From: the human T2T-CHM13v2.0 reference genome, Homo sapiens
Direction: 5' to 3' (one strand)
DNA length: 64,000 nt
Assembly: GCF_009914755.1 (NCBI RefSeq)
Contig: NC_060932.1
The position numbers and the translations under genes are program-made. This document shows, in pieces, positions 27,230 to 41,539 of this stretch; within the stretch, counting starts at the first letter, position 1, and every line of letters starts with the position of its first letter. The notes under the pieces are model-generated. The model had not been told where the DNA came from, ran no database searches, and saw only the letters and a list, made by a program, of their open reading frames with translations.

Positions 27230-28200
27230 ACTGAGGTTGGCCAGGCAAGCCGGACTGAGCTGCGGGGGAACTTGGCAGCCTGAGCATTCCAAGTAACAGA
27301 GCCGCAGTGCCTCTGGAGCACCGCTGTGAGGGAGGAGAGAAGGGTGGGAGATGAGGCTGGAGGGCTAGATGGCGTAGGGCCTTGGAGGCCTCATTAAGGT
27401 ACCCTGTCCTAAGGGTAATGAGAGGCCCATAGAAAATTTAAATCAAGGAGTGGCATGATATAATTTTTTATTCCAAAAATATTATTCATACTGCTCTATT
27501 TGTATAATATTGTGGGGGCAGAGGGACAAAAGTGAATGCAGACAGGCAAATTAAGACCTTTTAATTGCCCAGGAAAGATGATAGTGGTATGGACTATGGA
27601 GTCCTGAGGGAAACAGAGAGAAATAGATGAATTTGAATATTATTTAGAAGTTAACAAAGAACGTTTATGGAGTGAATGTGGGGGAATAAGAGAAAAGAAG
27701 AGATCAAAGGTAATTCCTAAATTTTTGTTTTAAATAACTGACAAGATAAGTGATATAGTTTGAATGTTTGTCTCTTCTAAATCTCCTGTTGAGATGTAAT
27801 CCCCAGTGTTGGAGGTGGGGCTTGGTGGGAGGTGTTTCGGTCACAGGGGGATCCCTTATGGCTTGGTGCTGTTTTCACTATAGTGAGTGAGTTCTCTAGC
27901 GATCTGGTCATTTGAGTGTTGGCACTTCCCCCCTCACCTCTCTCTTACTCCTGTTCTCACCATGTGATACACCTGTTTCCCCTTCTGCCATGATTTTAAG
28001 GTTCCTGAGGCCTCACCAGAAGCTGAGCAGATGCCATACCAGTGCCATACTTGTACAGCCTGCAGAACAGTAAGCCAATGAAACCTCTTTCCTTTATAAA
28101 CTACCCAGTTTCAGGTATTTCTTTATAGCAACGCAAGAATGCCCTAATAAAATGGGGGTTCCATTTACTGAAATGGGGAGGATAGGATCTTCTAACTCTT
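27230..28200 (-). mobile_element. L2 fragment interrupted by an MST LTR
   Basis: GGGAGATGAGGCTGGAGGG...AAGGAGTGGCATGATATAATTT; resumes with GGGGTTCCATTTACTGAAATGGGGA. Confidence 0.65.
27751..28150 (+). mobile_element. MSTB-like MaLR LTR
   Basis: TGATATAGTTTGAATGTTTGTC...GAAGCTGAGCAGATGCC...CAGGTATTTCTTTATAGCAACGCAAGAATG. Confidence 0.88.
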
Positions 28201-28659
28201 CGTTATTGAAATGTCACTGAGAGGCTGCTTTGGATATGTTAATGTATGAATTATTCCTCAACAGCCAAGTGAAAGAATTTCATGCCATTTCATTAATAGA
28301 ATTATACTAATCAGTGGAAATAAAGCTAGATACATAAATAAATTTAGGCAGCACTAACATTTCAATGGTAACATAAAGCCATAGGATTAGGTAAGATCAC
28401 CAAAAGAGAGGGCGTAGATGGACCTCATGTTCCCTTGGAAGAAGCATGATTGGCTTATTTAAAAAACAACATAAAAACCTCTTGTTTGAGGGATGCATGG
28501 GACACCTTTTGGAATAGATGTTTCTATATCTGAATTTCTTTCTATGGGTACTTTGAAGAGCACTAATTGAAGGGACTTTGGGCATTTGTCACATGGAAAA
28601 TACACTAACAACTTGCCACTTAGATTCTTCTTCCTGTCATTTTCAGGACTTCTTGTCTT

Positions 28660-29828
28660 TCTCGGCACTTTCATTCGATTTGGAAAATTTTCAGCCATTA
28701 TTTCTTCAAATTTGCTCTACCCTCGTTTTCCTCCTTCTCCTTCTGGATGACACAGATGTTACTCCAGTGACACAGACAGTATTCCAGTGACACAGACGTT
28801 ACTCCAATGACACAGATGTTACTCCAGTGACATAGATGTTACTCCAGCAACACAGACATTACTCCAGCGACACAGACATTACTCCACAGATGTTACTCCA
28901 GTGACACAGACAGTATTCCAGTGACACAGATGTTACTCCAGTGACACAGACATTACTCCAATGACACAGATGTTACTCCAGTGACATAGATGTTACTCCA
29001 GCAACACAGACATTACTCCAGCGACACAGACATTACTCCACAGATGTTACTCCGGTGACACAGACAGTATTCCAGTGACACAGCTGTTACTCCAGTGACA
29101 CAGACATTGCACTTTTTGACTACATCCCACACCTCTTGCACATTCTGTCCTGTTTTTGCCCATTCTATTGTCTCTTTTTCTTCTTTTTGGATATATTTAG
29201 TATACCTGTCTTCCTATTTACTTACGCTGTTTTCTACTGTGTCCAGTGCGCTGTTACATCCATTCAGTGAGTTCTTATTTCAGACATTAATTTTTCAATT
29301 ATAGAATGCTCATTGGATTCTTTTAATAGATTTTAATTCTTTGTTGAGATACTCCTTTTCTAAATCCATTTTTGTCCAGATTTTGCTCTGTTTTCTTTGA
29401 CATATTAATGTCAGTCATACTAAAGTCTTGTCTTTTATGTCCAAAATCTGGGTCATCTTTGGTATCCTTCGACTGACAGATTTATCCTTTGACTACTGGT
29501 CACAGTTTCCTGCATATTTATATTTCTAGTAATTGAATGCTGGATATTATGGATGACACATCGTGGAAGCTATGAAATACATTTTCCTCCTTTAAAGAGG
29601 GTTCAACTTTGTTCTAACAGGCAGGTAAATTACTGACAGATCACCTATATCCTGTCAGGCTAAGGCAGCCCGAATGTGGTTTTGTGTTTATTCCTTAGTT
29701 ATACCTTTAACTCCTACTGTGTGATCTTTTCACCTGAGAGTGGTCTTTCTGGGGTCTCAAGTGAAGGCCTGGGATAAATATCTCCCCCAAAGGTCTGGCC
29801 ATGCTAAGCTGGAACTCTACTGTCTCCA
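28660..29828 (-). mobile_element. Old L1M 5'/ORF1 remnant, continuing at ~31465-31930
   Basis: TTTGGAAAATTTTCAGCCATTATTTCTTCAAAT and CCATTCAGTGAGTTCTTATTTCAGACATT are antisense L1M ORF1 motifs. Confidence 0.7.
28748..29108 (+). repeat. 20-bp minisatellite, ~18.5 units
   Basis: Unit TGACACAGATGTTACTCCAG with variants and two shortened units. Confidence 0.97.
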
Positions 29829-31461
29829 AAATATACTACACAGCTAGAGTAGCTAAAGCAGCATGGTACTGGCATAAAAACAGATACCTACACCAATGGA
29901 ACAGAATAGAGAGCCCAGAAATAAACCCACACATTTACAGCCAACTCATTTTCAACAAAGGCACCAAGATCATATATTGGGAAAAAACAGAAAACTGGAC
30001 ATTAACATGCACAAGAATGAAATTAGACCTCTATCTCTCACCATATACAAAAATCAACTCAAAATGGATAAAAGGTTTAAACATAAGACCTGAAACTAAG
30101 AATCTACTAGGAGAAAACATTGGGGAAACACTTCAGGACATTTGTCTGGGCAAAGATTTCTTGAGTAAGATCTCAAAAGCACAGGCGATCAAAGCAAAAA
30201 TTGAAAAATGTAATGACACCAAGCTAAAAAGCTTCTGCACAGCAAAGAAAACCATCAACAAAGTAAAGAGGCAACCTACAGAATGGAAGAAAATATTTGT
30301 AAACTATTTATATGATAAGAGATTCATAACCAGAGTACATGAGAAACTCAAACAACTCAATAGCAAAAATCAAATAATCTGATTTTTTAAAAATAGGCAA
30401 AAGATATGAATAGATATTTCTCAAAAAGAGACATTCAAATGGCCAACAAGTATATGAAAAAATGCTCAATATCACAAATCATCAGGGAAGTTCAAATTAA
30501 AAACACAATGAAACCCAGTTAAAATGGCTATTATAAAAAAAAAAAACAGAGAAAACAACACATTCTGGCAAGGATGTGGAGAAAGAGGAACCCTCATACA
30601 CTGCTGGTGTAAATGTAAATTAGTGCAGCCACTGTGGAAAACATTATGGAGCTTCCTCAAAAAAACAAAATTAGAACTACCCTATGACCCAGTAATCCTA
30701 CTGCTGGGTATATTTCCAAAGGACAGAACATCAGTATATCAAAGACATATCTGTACTCCCATGTTCGTTGCAGCACTATTCACAACAGCCAAAATAGGGA
30801 ATCAACCCAAGTGTCCACCAGCAAATAAACGGTTAAAGAAAATAGGGTAGGTATATATATACACACACAAAGAAATGTCATTCAACCACAAAAAAAAAAC
30901 CAAAAAGCTTGTCATTGGCAGCAATGTGATGGACCTGGAGGACTTTATGTTAAGTGAAATAATGCAGGCACAGAAAGACAAACACCGCATGTTCCCACTC
31001 ATATGTGGGACCTGAAAAGCATTGATCTTATGGACATAGTAATAGACTGATTGTTACCAGAGGCTATGAGGTGGAGGGATGAAGAGAGGTTGGTTGATAA
31101 GCACAAAAATACAATGAGATAAAAGGAATAAGATCTAGTGTTCAGTGGCACGATAGGACAACTATAGTTGACAATGATTTATTGTATATTTCAATATAGA
31201 CAGAAGAGAACATTTGGAATGCTCCCAACACAAAGAAATGATAAATATTTGAGGTGATGAATATCCCAGTTATGGACATTGATTATTACACATTCTATAC
31301 TTGTATCAAAATATCACAAGTACCCCCAAAATATGTACAACTATAAGAATAGGTTAAGAGTTATATCCAATATGACATCCTGTCTTCTTGTTGTTGTGGT
31401 AAGTTCATTTCTATTTTTGTGACTATTGATCTATTTGAATTCATTAAAAGTAGAATAAAAA
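29829..31461 (+). mobile_element. L1MA-like 5'-truncated element: ORF2 3' part and 3'UTR
   Basis: ORFs 29801..30382 (AWYWHKNR...[19 protein letters not shown]) and 30524..30850, plus L1MA-type 3'UTR (GGAATAAGATCTAGTGTTC). Confidence 0.92.
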
Positions 31462-32768
31462 AGAGAAATGCCTGCTCTCCAGGATCTCCACCTGGCTCTC
31501 AGCCCCAGCAGCTGCTTTTCGGTATACGCACACAGTGGAGTCACCCAGGCCCTGAGACATTCCCACTCACATGCTGAGCTCCCCTCTCTGTGGTGTGCCC
31601 TCTTTGTGACTTTGCCTCCCAAATCTCAGTCACCTTAGTACCTCGAACTCATCTCTGCCTCTTCTACCAGCAAGACCACTGCCTCCTCCCTGGGATCATT
31701 TTTCCCTGAGCAATGACCCAGAAATACGTCTACAAGATGCAAGTCTGGGTGAATATGGGGCTAACCTTGTGTGTCTCTGTGTTTTCCGCATTGCAAGCCA
31801 GACTTGATTGTTTTCCAATGCCTGCAAACTGTTTTTCTAAATGTATTTTTCCAGACGTTACAGTTTTTTTTATGATAGGGTGGTAAGTATGAGTTCCATC
31901 TACTTTCTCTATGGCTAGCAATCTAGTTATGCTTTCATTATTGACTTCTAACCTAATTCAATTTTGATCTCAGAATGTGGTCTCTACACTATCAAATATT
32001 TGAAGTTTCCTGAAACATTTTTATGACCTAGTAGATAGTCAATTTTTATAAATAGTTCATGTGTGCTAGAAAATAATGTGTATTTGTAATGTGTGGCCAT
32101 TGGAGTCTACTAGTACCAACGATATTAAGCTCACTAATTGTATTGTTCACATCATACACATCATTATTAAATTTTTTTGCCTGTTTTATATATCAGTTAC
32201 CGAAAGGAGCATGTCAGTTGTTTCTGTTTCTCCTTGTGGTTCTGTTCATTGTCCCTTTATGTGTTTTGAGTTATTCTCAAATTTTGAATAATTTTAGGAT
32301 TATTTTAGTTTCCTGTGTATTTGACCTTTACTAATTACTCTTCAGTAACTCCTTATCCCCATTGATACTTTGACTAAAAGCCTAGTCTGTCTTTTATTAA
32401 TGAAGCAACACCAGCTTCTCTTTTTCATCCTTTTACTTTAAACATTTTTGTGAACTTGTATTTTAGGTGTAGGCCTTGCAAGAACAGGTTAAGAGTTAAA
32501 TTTTGTTTTTATATCCAATATGACATTCTGTGTCTTCTTGTTGTTGTGGTAAGTTCATTTCTATTTTTGTGACTATTGACCTATTTGAATTTATCTATCA
32601 TTTTATTGTTTTCTATATTTTCAGCTTTTCCTATATTCTCTTTTTTTCTCTCTTTCTTCTTTTAGACTGACTTGGTTTTTAACATTTCATCCCCCAACCT
32701 CTACTCTTTCAGAAATTATTCCCGGTTTTGTTGTTTACTTGGTGGTTATCCTTAGAATATTAACATGC

Positions 32769-33505
<737 letters not shown>

Positions 33506-34369
33506 TGTCTGAAGCTAAAGTAAATCCACCACTCCACTCTCTCCCGAATAAAACAGGAATCCTAGAGCACATCAGTCCAACCACTTCATGGTAAATTAGT
33601 ATAATATTGTTGTGAGCCTTTTACTTGCATTTTAACCCTCAAACTTCGCATTGTTCCTTCTTTCTTTCACTCATTTATTGCTTTTTGCACCCTAAGCCAA
33701 TATCTTTCTTTCTCATACTCCTTCAAGAGTTCTTTCAGTGAGGGCCTGGTGGTTGTGAATGCCTTCAATTTTTGTTTGTTTGAAAATGTCTCTATTTTGT
33801 CCTTATTTTGTAATGAAAGTTAGGCAGACCAAATAATTTGAAAGTGACAGTTATTTTCCCTGAGCCCTCTGCAGATATTATTACAGTTGTTTCTGGGTAA
33901 CATTGTCTTTTAATGAAGTCAGCGCTGGTTTAATTGTTATTCCATTGTAGGCAGTCTGTCTTTTCATCTGCTTTTAAGATCTTTGTCTTTTTTCTTTCAG
34001 CTGTTTAACTACAGTTATTTAGGTTTCTTTTAAAAATCTATCAGTTTTTCTTTTAACTTCTCAGCCATGCTTTTCTTAAATATTCCCTCTTCTCCACTTT
34101 CCCTATTCTTTTGCTTCTGGAATGTTGATGAGTGTGTTTTAGACCACTCTTTCCTATTTGCTATCTCTCTTAACTTCTCTGACATATTTACCATTTTGTC
34201 ATCTCTTAGTGCCATATCTAAGTACTTTCAAACTTCTTTTCTAGCTTACCAGTTCCCTCTAAGCTGTATCTAATCTGCTCTCTGAATCGTCTATTAACTT
34301 GATAATTTCATTGACTGTATTTTTCATTTCTAAATCTTATATTCTCTCATTTTAAAAATCAGACTTTTT

Positions 34370-34682
34370 GTGCTGTGGCTCCTGCCTGTAATCCCAGCAC
34401 TTTGGGAGGCCAAGGTGAGCAGATCACCTGAGGTCGGGAGTTCGAGACCAGCCTGACCAACATGGAGAAAACCCATCTCTATTAAAAATACACAAAATTG
34501 GCCGGGTGTGGTGGCGCATGCCTGTAATCCCAGCTACTCAGGAGGCTGAGGCAAGGGAATCACTTGAACCCGGAAGGCGGAGGTTGCGGAGAGCCGAGAT
34601 CGTGCCATTGCATCCAAGCCTGGGCAACAAGAGCAAAACTCCATCTCAAAAAAAAAAAAAAAGAAAGAAAGAAAGAAAAAAG
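34370..34682 (+). mobile_element. AluSp element
   Basis: GTCGGGAGTTCGAGACCAGCCTGACCAACATGGAGAAA diagnostics. Flanking repeat AAAATCAGACT. Confidence 0.93.
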
Positions 34683-35554
34683 AAAATCAGACTGTTCTTA
34701 TTTGATATGAGTAGGTAAAGAGCCATAGAAAATACATGCATGTCAGTACAGTATGTAGTTTTTTTCCTATCTCACTGAAAAACCATAATTTATGTATCCT
34801 TATTTTAGGACATTACAGACAATAAAGTTGCAAATTTATCTTTTTTTCTTTAATCTTTCCTAGGCAGTGAAGATCTATAACTAATATTCACCTTTCTCCT
34901 TCTGCATATTCCTCAAATTTCTTGGCACTTTTGCATTTTAGCTGCTCTCAACTCTGTAGTTCCAGTTGCCAATTAAGTATTCGTCATAATTTAAAATTAA
35001 CAGGTAATATATAACATTTTCAAAATTACTAATAAATGGATATGGATTTAAATTCAAGTCTAAGGCTGATTCCTGCAGGGCCATTTATTTTTGGCATTTA
35101 ATACCACCTGCCTATGCAGGAAATTAAGTAATGTTCTTTCCTTAACTATAATTTTTTTTCTTTTAATGATGGCAATTGCAGAGAAGAAATAAATCACAAA
35201 GAAAATAAAAACAGAACTATATATGTAACTATTTGTGGTTACACTGCCTTTTCTAACAAGGCATAATGAAATTGAAGATCAAGCAATAATGTAATTATTT
35301 ATGGACAATCAATCTAGAGCACTCAGACTCCCAAGACAATGCATTTCTCTTGAATGGCAATACATTTAAACTGTATAATTCACAACTTCTAATACTAATT
35401 TTATTTTGCCTACATTAATCTGGTTGGTGTTAAAGGAAAATAAGTAAATGCTTTGGCTTTTATATTTTTGCAGTCTTTTATATTTCATGTAGAGCATCAA
35501 TACCACATTTTGTAATTACAAAGATTATATCATTTAAATAATGCTTCTAAAAAA

Positions 35555-36478
35555 AACAAAAATTGGCAAGCGGGACCTAATTAAACTAAAGAGCTTTTGC
35601 ACAGCAAAAGAAACTATCAAGAGAATCAGATTAAACAGATAACCTATAGAGCAGGAGAAACTATGTGTCCAAGTAATGTCTAATATCCTAATTTATGAAG
35701 AACCTAAACAATTGAACAAAAAAAAAAACCCCATTCAAAAATGGGCAAGAGACATAAACATTTCTCAAAAGAAGACATACAAACAGCCAACAAACATGAA
35801 AAAGTGCTGCTCATCACTAATCATCAGAGAAATGCAAATCAACACCACAATGAGCTACCATCTCACACCAGTCAGAATGGCTATTACTAAAAAGTCAAAA
35901 AATAACATGCTGGTGAGGCTGTGGAGAAAAGGAAATGCTTATACACTGCTGCTGGGAATGTAAATTAATTCAGCTACTGTGGAAAGCAGTTTGGAGATTT
36001 CTCAAAGAATTGAAAACAGAATGATCATTTGACCCAGCAACCCCATTACTGGGTATATACCCAAAAGAAAACAACTCATTCCACCAAAAAGACGCATGCA
36101 CCCATATGTTTATTTCAGCACTATTCACCAGAGCAAAAATATGGAATCAACGTAAATTGACACAGGAAGAGAAAACCAAATGTCACATGTTCTCACTTAT
36201 AAGTGGGAGCCAAGCATTGGGTACTCATGGACACAAAGGTGGCAACAATAGACACTGGAGACTACTAGAGTGGGGGGTAGGGAGGGAAGGGGAAAAGGGT
36301 TGAAAAACTAACTGTTGGGCACTCTGCTTAGTACCTGGGTGATGGGATCATTCATACCTGAAACCTCAGGATCACACAATATACTCATGTAACAAACCTA
36401 CATGTGCACCCACTAAATCTAAAATAAAAGTTGAAAAAGATAAATAAATAAATAAATAAATAAATAAATATAAATAAA
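35555..36478 (+). mobile_element. Old L1PA (PA13-16-like) 3' end with internal deletion at ~36155
   Basis: ORF2 C-terminus ([16 protein letters not shown]), 3'UTR and (TAAA)n tail. Confidence 0.9.
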
Positions 36479-36964
36479 ACTTCTGAGATTTAAAGCCCCG
36501 TTGTTAACTGCTTGAATTTTTTGAGGATACAAAAATACATGGAACTTGTTGACAGGCAAACACCTTGTTTGTCACTTTGTTTCTCTATTGTATAGAGGTG
36601 ATCGCTCTTGTTAAATGCAAATAAAACAGGTCAAGGCCACACCCAGGTGATGTTCCAAGGTAAATGTATATTACATCTTCCCATGTGCTCCTCTCTCATT
36701 GATCAATGTCTCTTGCTGTCCCTCTAGCCCAGGGCAGCCAGGAGCATCCTAGAGCTCTGAAGCAGTCCCTATTTATTCCATCCCCTTCCTTTCTTTCTTC
36801 CCCAGTTCATCTATCTTGCTTTCCAAACACTCAGTCAAGGATTATCTCAAAAGTAACATGAAGGTCCAGTCTATATGACATAACTTGATGGACACATGTT
36901 TCCAAATATGGACTCATCTTAATAAAGAGCTCCATTAGGACTCTATTCTTTTCATTTGTGTAGG

Positions 36965-37542
36965 TGTTACAGGACCAGCAGATTCATATGCCCACTGCAC
37001 AGTAGCAGACCAATACACAGGGACAGCAGGGTTTGCAGCAGAGAAAGAGTTTAATGATCACAGGGCAGCTGAGAAAATGGGAGCCTTATATCCATCTTCC
37101 CAGGAGTTCTGGGTTGGGTTTTTAAGGAGATCATGAAGGGTGAGGGGCTGGAAAATTAGAGTAATTGATTGGTTAATGTAAGTGGGGGATAAAATAATCA
37201 GGATATGGAAACTGCCCTCTTTGGTGTCAGCTCTTTGTGGAATCCTTTACCAGCGATGCAAGTAGTTCCATGACTACACAGGACCTGAAAGAATATCTCA
37301 AAGGGAAAACTTAACATTTCATAATGTTAAAGTTGTTATCTATAGAGCAGTTAAGGGGAACTAGAACCTTATAACAGGGTCTGTGTGATTCTGGGGCAAT
37401 AGGTACCAAACAACTATGAGGAAGGGGTCAGAGAGCAGCTGACCTCATGATGAATGCTGATGTGCTGTACACTTGGCTTATGTTTGTTTTTTCCCTCCCT
37501 TATTCCATGATTAATTTTATAAAGTTTACAGGGGCAGTTTCA
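36965..37542 (-). mobile_element. Solo ERV1 LTR, LOR1-like (MER4 group), 578 bp
   Basis: TG...CA termini, 4-bp TSD TAGG (36961-36964, 37543-37546). Minus strand starts TGAAACTGCCCCTGTAAACTTTATAAAATTAATC. Confidence 0.85.
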
Positions 37543-37957
37543 TAGGTATATCAGACTTGAAGGGTCCCTCATTAAAAATTCATGACCTCTGAGGTAGTAA
37601 AAACAGCTAAAATCATCATTAGCACCTAGACAGTAATTTTCACTGAGCAAGGCCACAGATACCTGTGCAAAGAGGAAAGCAGCAGGATCTCTGAAGCCAA
37701 TCTCTGAGATAATCTCACCAGTCTAGTGTGCAAATGTGTGGATGGTGCATGGTAGGGACTCAGTAGACAATGAATGGAATTGTGGGTTGACAATACAAAG
37801 TGGCAAGTGTTAAATTCATGTTTCACCTCATTCTCAGCTTTCTATGAGGCTTTGTTCTTAGGGCACTGTTAGAGGGCCAGAAAGTCAATCTCATAAACAA
37901 ATGCAACTTAATATAAGGTGTTAATAAAGAATTTCCAAAAATACTCCTCCAATACAC

Positions 37958-37960
<3 letters not shown>

Positions 37961-37995
<35 letters not shown>
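37961..37995 (+). repeat. (CA)n microsatellite
   Basis: Directly visible. Confidence 0.95.
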
Positions 37996-37997
<2 letters not shown>

Positions 37998-38808
37998 CAC
38001 ACCCACCCCCATCATGTCCTCATGGTCTCATGTAAATACATCTGTTACCGCCTTTCTCCACACCATGTAATCACCAACTGGACCTACTTCTCCTTCAACT
38101 TGGCCACATGTCTCAAATTCAAGTGCTTACTAGGTCCTGGCAAACGACGTGATTGTCCAGACCAGGTGGAGGCAGGTGAGGACTGCATCTTCTAAAGCAG
38201 CAACACTGCCCAGCTGCCAGCTGCCAGCTGCCATGTGTAATGTGGGCCTGATGTACTGTATATTCTAACTTTTTTAAGTTGAGAAAGATATATTAGCCTA
38301 ATGTAAAATTAATGGGTAACCAATTCAGCTCTGCATCAGTTAATATATTGTTCATCTTTGCCCAAATTGGACCACAGGTTGCCAATATTACGGTCTCTGA
38401 AGTAGAACATGATTCTCTGAAAGTGTATCTAGGTCTTGTTCTTTCTTCTATCTTTAGCGCTTAGCCTAGTATTTCACGAGTAGTAAGAGCTGGGTCTGTG
38501 GAAGAGCTAAGTATGCACACAGTGCTATCCATTCCCAGGAGAGTCCAGTGCTTAGAAATATCCCTGGGGCCCAGGGAAATGATTATCTTTTCTCCTCTAA
38601 GATAGAAAAGATCTTAGAGGAGATAGAAAAGATAGTCTTTTCTCCTCTAAGAAGAAAATTTATTTTTATAGATGCTTCCCCTTACCACAATACATCAAAA
38701 ATAGAAAAGAAGACATAAAAATCATTCAAGGCAATATTATCAAAGACCATAAAGTAAAATATTTTCTTAAAGTAACAAATCCTTGATATTTTCTTATGTC
38801 AGGTTTGA

Positions 38809-39239
<431 letters not shown>

Positions 39240-39587
39240 TTAATGTTTGCAGTGCTCTGTGTTCATAAAGTTGCTGCCCAGAAAATTATGAGCAAGAAAA
39301 ATTTGAAAGTGTCCTGAAGAGAGTGAAGAATCACTTGATTTTATGAACTTGCTCTTTGTTGACAGAGTAAAATAACACTTAAAGTATCATTCAACCTACT
39401 CTACCAAAGTGCAGTACAGATTTAAGGAAATTACATTTAATTCAGACAAAAAGAAGAGCTTAACACAAATGATTCAAAACTCAATGATCTATTTGGTTCA
39501 AATTCATTATCTACTATTAGTTTTTTACTTGTTCAGACAGTCTAAGTTTAATCTCCTTACTTTCAACTAATGTTGGTTTCATCTGTT

Positions 39588-39698
39588 AAAAAAAAGAAAG
39601 AAGGAAAGAGAAAGAAAGAAAGAAAGAAAGAAAGAGAAAGAAAGAAAGAGAAAGAAAGAAAGAAAAAAGGAAAAGAAGAGAAAAGAAAAGAGAGAAAA
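39588..39698 (+). repeat. GA-rich (GAAA)n simple repeat
   Basis: Directly visible. Confidence 0.95.
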
Positions 39699-40261
39699 CA
39701 GGCCAAAATACCTCTGACTTGCTGGTCATTGCATCACATTACCTGGGTCTAGGGTATATACTACACAATGAGCTTCATGAGCCCCATGAAGCCCTTGAAA
39801 TTGTGGGCAAAATACTCTCTCTGTTTTCTTTTTGGGAAGGGAGTTCAGATCTTTTATTAAATTGTCAAAGAGACTAAGAAAATATTAATAATCATGGAGA
39901 TACATGATCTCCCAGTTCTCTTCCAATACTGAAATTTCTGTGACTATTTCAGAAATTCATGCAGGTGAGCGAGATCATGAAAATAAGTAAAAACTGTGTA
40001 AATACCTTATGGGAATAACAAATTAGTCAACTTAAGAATAATTAGCCAATGGCTTGTATGTATTAATCCTGTATCCTTTGAGATTGTTTACTATTGTTAC
40101 AAAATGCAAAACCAAACCTCAATATACAAAAAATTTAACAAATCAATAATAAATGAATGAAATACTCAACAGAAAAAAATTGAGCAAATGGCACCCCCCC
40201 TTTCCAAGCACCAACCTGGTGTGATATATATATAAACATAAATATATCAACTTTAATGAGC

Positions 40262-40745
40262 TATATCTAATTATCTGTTTCTATATAACAAACCACCCTG
40301 AAACTAAGTGGCTCAATACAATCAATAATTGTTTATTATAAGGCATCATGAGTCTGTGAATTGGCTAGAGGTTGGTGGAAACCATTTGGGCTTACACATC
40401 TGCAGGCTGGCTAGGGATTCTACTCTTAGTTGAGAATGGCTAGGACAATACAGCCTAGGCAGCTCAGCTCCATGCTTCTCCTCAGACCATTGGGCAAATA
40501 CAGGTGTGTCATGCTCATGGTGATGGCAGATGAGCCAGAAGAAGCAAAAACTTTGAAGGTCTCTTAAGGTCTAGGTTGGAATAACTTCACCATCACCTCT
40601 GCCTCATACTGTTGCTCAAGGCAAGTCATGTGGCTGAGGGTTGAAGAAATACACCCTGCATCTTTAATGCAAAGAACTGAAAGTTATGGAAAAAAGCATA
40701 AATACAGAGTTCTCTATACGGAGGCTATTAATTAAGTTTATCACA
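40262..40745 (-). mobile_element. Old MLT1 (G/H-like) MaLR LTR
   Basis: ATAACAAACCACCCTGAAACTAAGTGGCT...CATCACCTCTGCCTCATACTGTTGCTCAAGGCAAGTCATGTGG. Confidence 0.75.
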
Positions 40746-40994
40746 TGGGCCAAACTTCTGAAGAGTCCAAACAGGAAGCAGGTTTATTTTTCTCCTGGCA
40801 TTGCCTTAAAATATGTTCTATTGAGACTCCCTTCTCCTACCCCTTGACCATACCTCGAATTTTAGCTCATTTGCATTGAAACAGTCTATCTGAGTAATGA
40901 CTCCTCACTTTCAGGCAAGAATATGTTCAGGCCAACCATATCCAACATCTAATTCAGAGCTTCAATTTTGTCAGGTTTCTTTGCTCACAGACTT

Positions 40995-41397
40995 GTAGAG
41001 GGGACAAGGGTGACAGTTCAGATCCCCCCTTCAAGGAAGGATGTGCCTCCCAGCTGCAAGGAGTGGATAGCAGATAGATCCAGCTGTCAGCCCCTTCAGG
41101 GCAGCCTCAGCTGCAGAGAGCCCCCACCCAAGCCCACGCCTTGTCTGAGCACCAGTATCCAGTGCCTGCGGTGGGGGCATAAAGGCCTGGCCAGTTGACC
41201 CCAACCCAGACGATGCTGGTGGGCAGTTCTTCCTGCAGAGCCCCTGCTGGGGTGGCTGAGGCTTCGTAAGACCTGCCTCACTGTCTGCCTGAACCTGCTC
41301 CCTCCCTCTTGCTTTCACAAGTGTCAATCCCAATAAATATTTTTTGCACCCCAAACTCCACCTCAGCATCTGCTTCCAGAAAATTCAGCCTGTAACA
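40995..41397 (+). mobile_element. LTR16-like ERVL LTR
   Basis: TGTAG...CAGCCCCTTCAGGGCAGCCTCAGCTGCAGAGAG...CCCAATAAA...CTCAGCATCTGCTTCCAGAAAA...CCTGTAACA. Confidence 0.8.
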
Positions 41398-41539
41398 GAT
41401 TTGTTCTATAACTATTTCCCCTCTCCTCCTGCTGACTTCTCCAGGGGATGTGCCAGGGAATGGGAGACCAGGGGTAAGGATGGAAAGGTCGTGTCACTGC
41501 TGCTGTTGTAATTCAGATGTGCTGTATCAATCTCTGACT

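Noticed and set aside
28748-29108. CRISPR-like array
   Set aside because: The units are contiguous with no unique spacers, no cas genes are present and the context is primate. It is a minisatellite.
29801-30850. 193-aa and 108-aa ORFs as a host gene
   Set aside because: They are fragments of L1 ORF2 with frameshifts in a 5'-truncated element.
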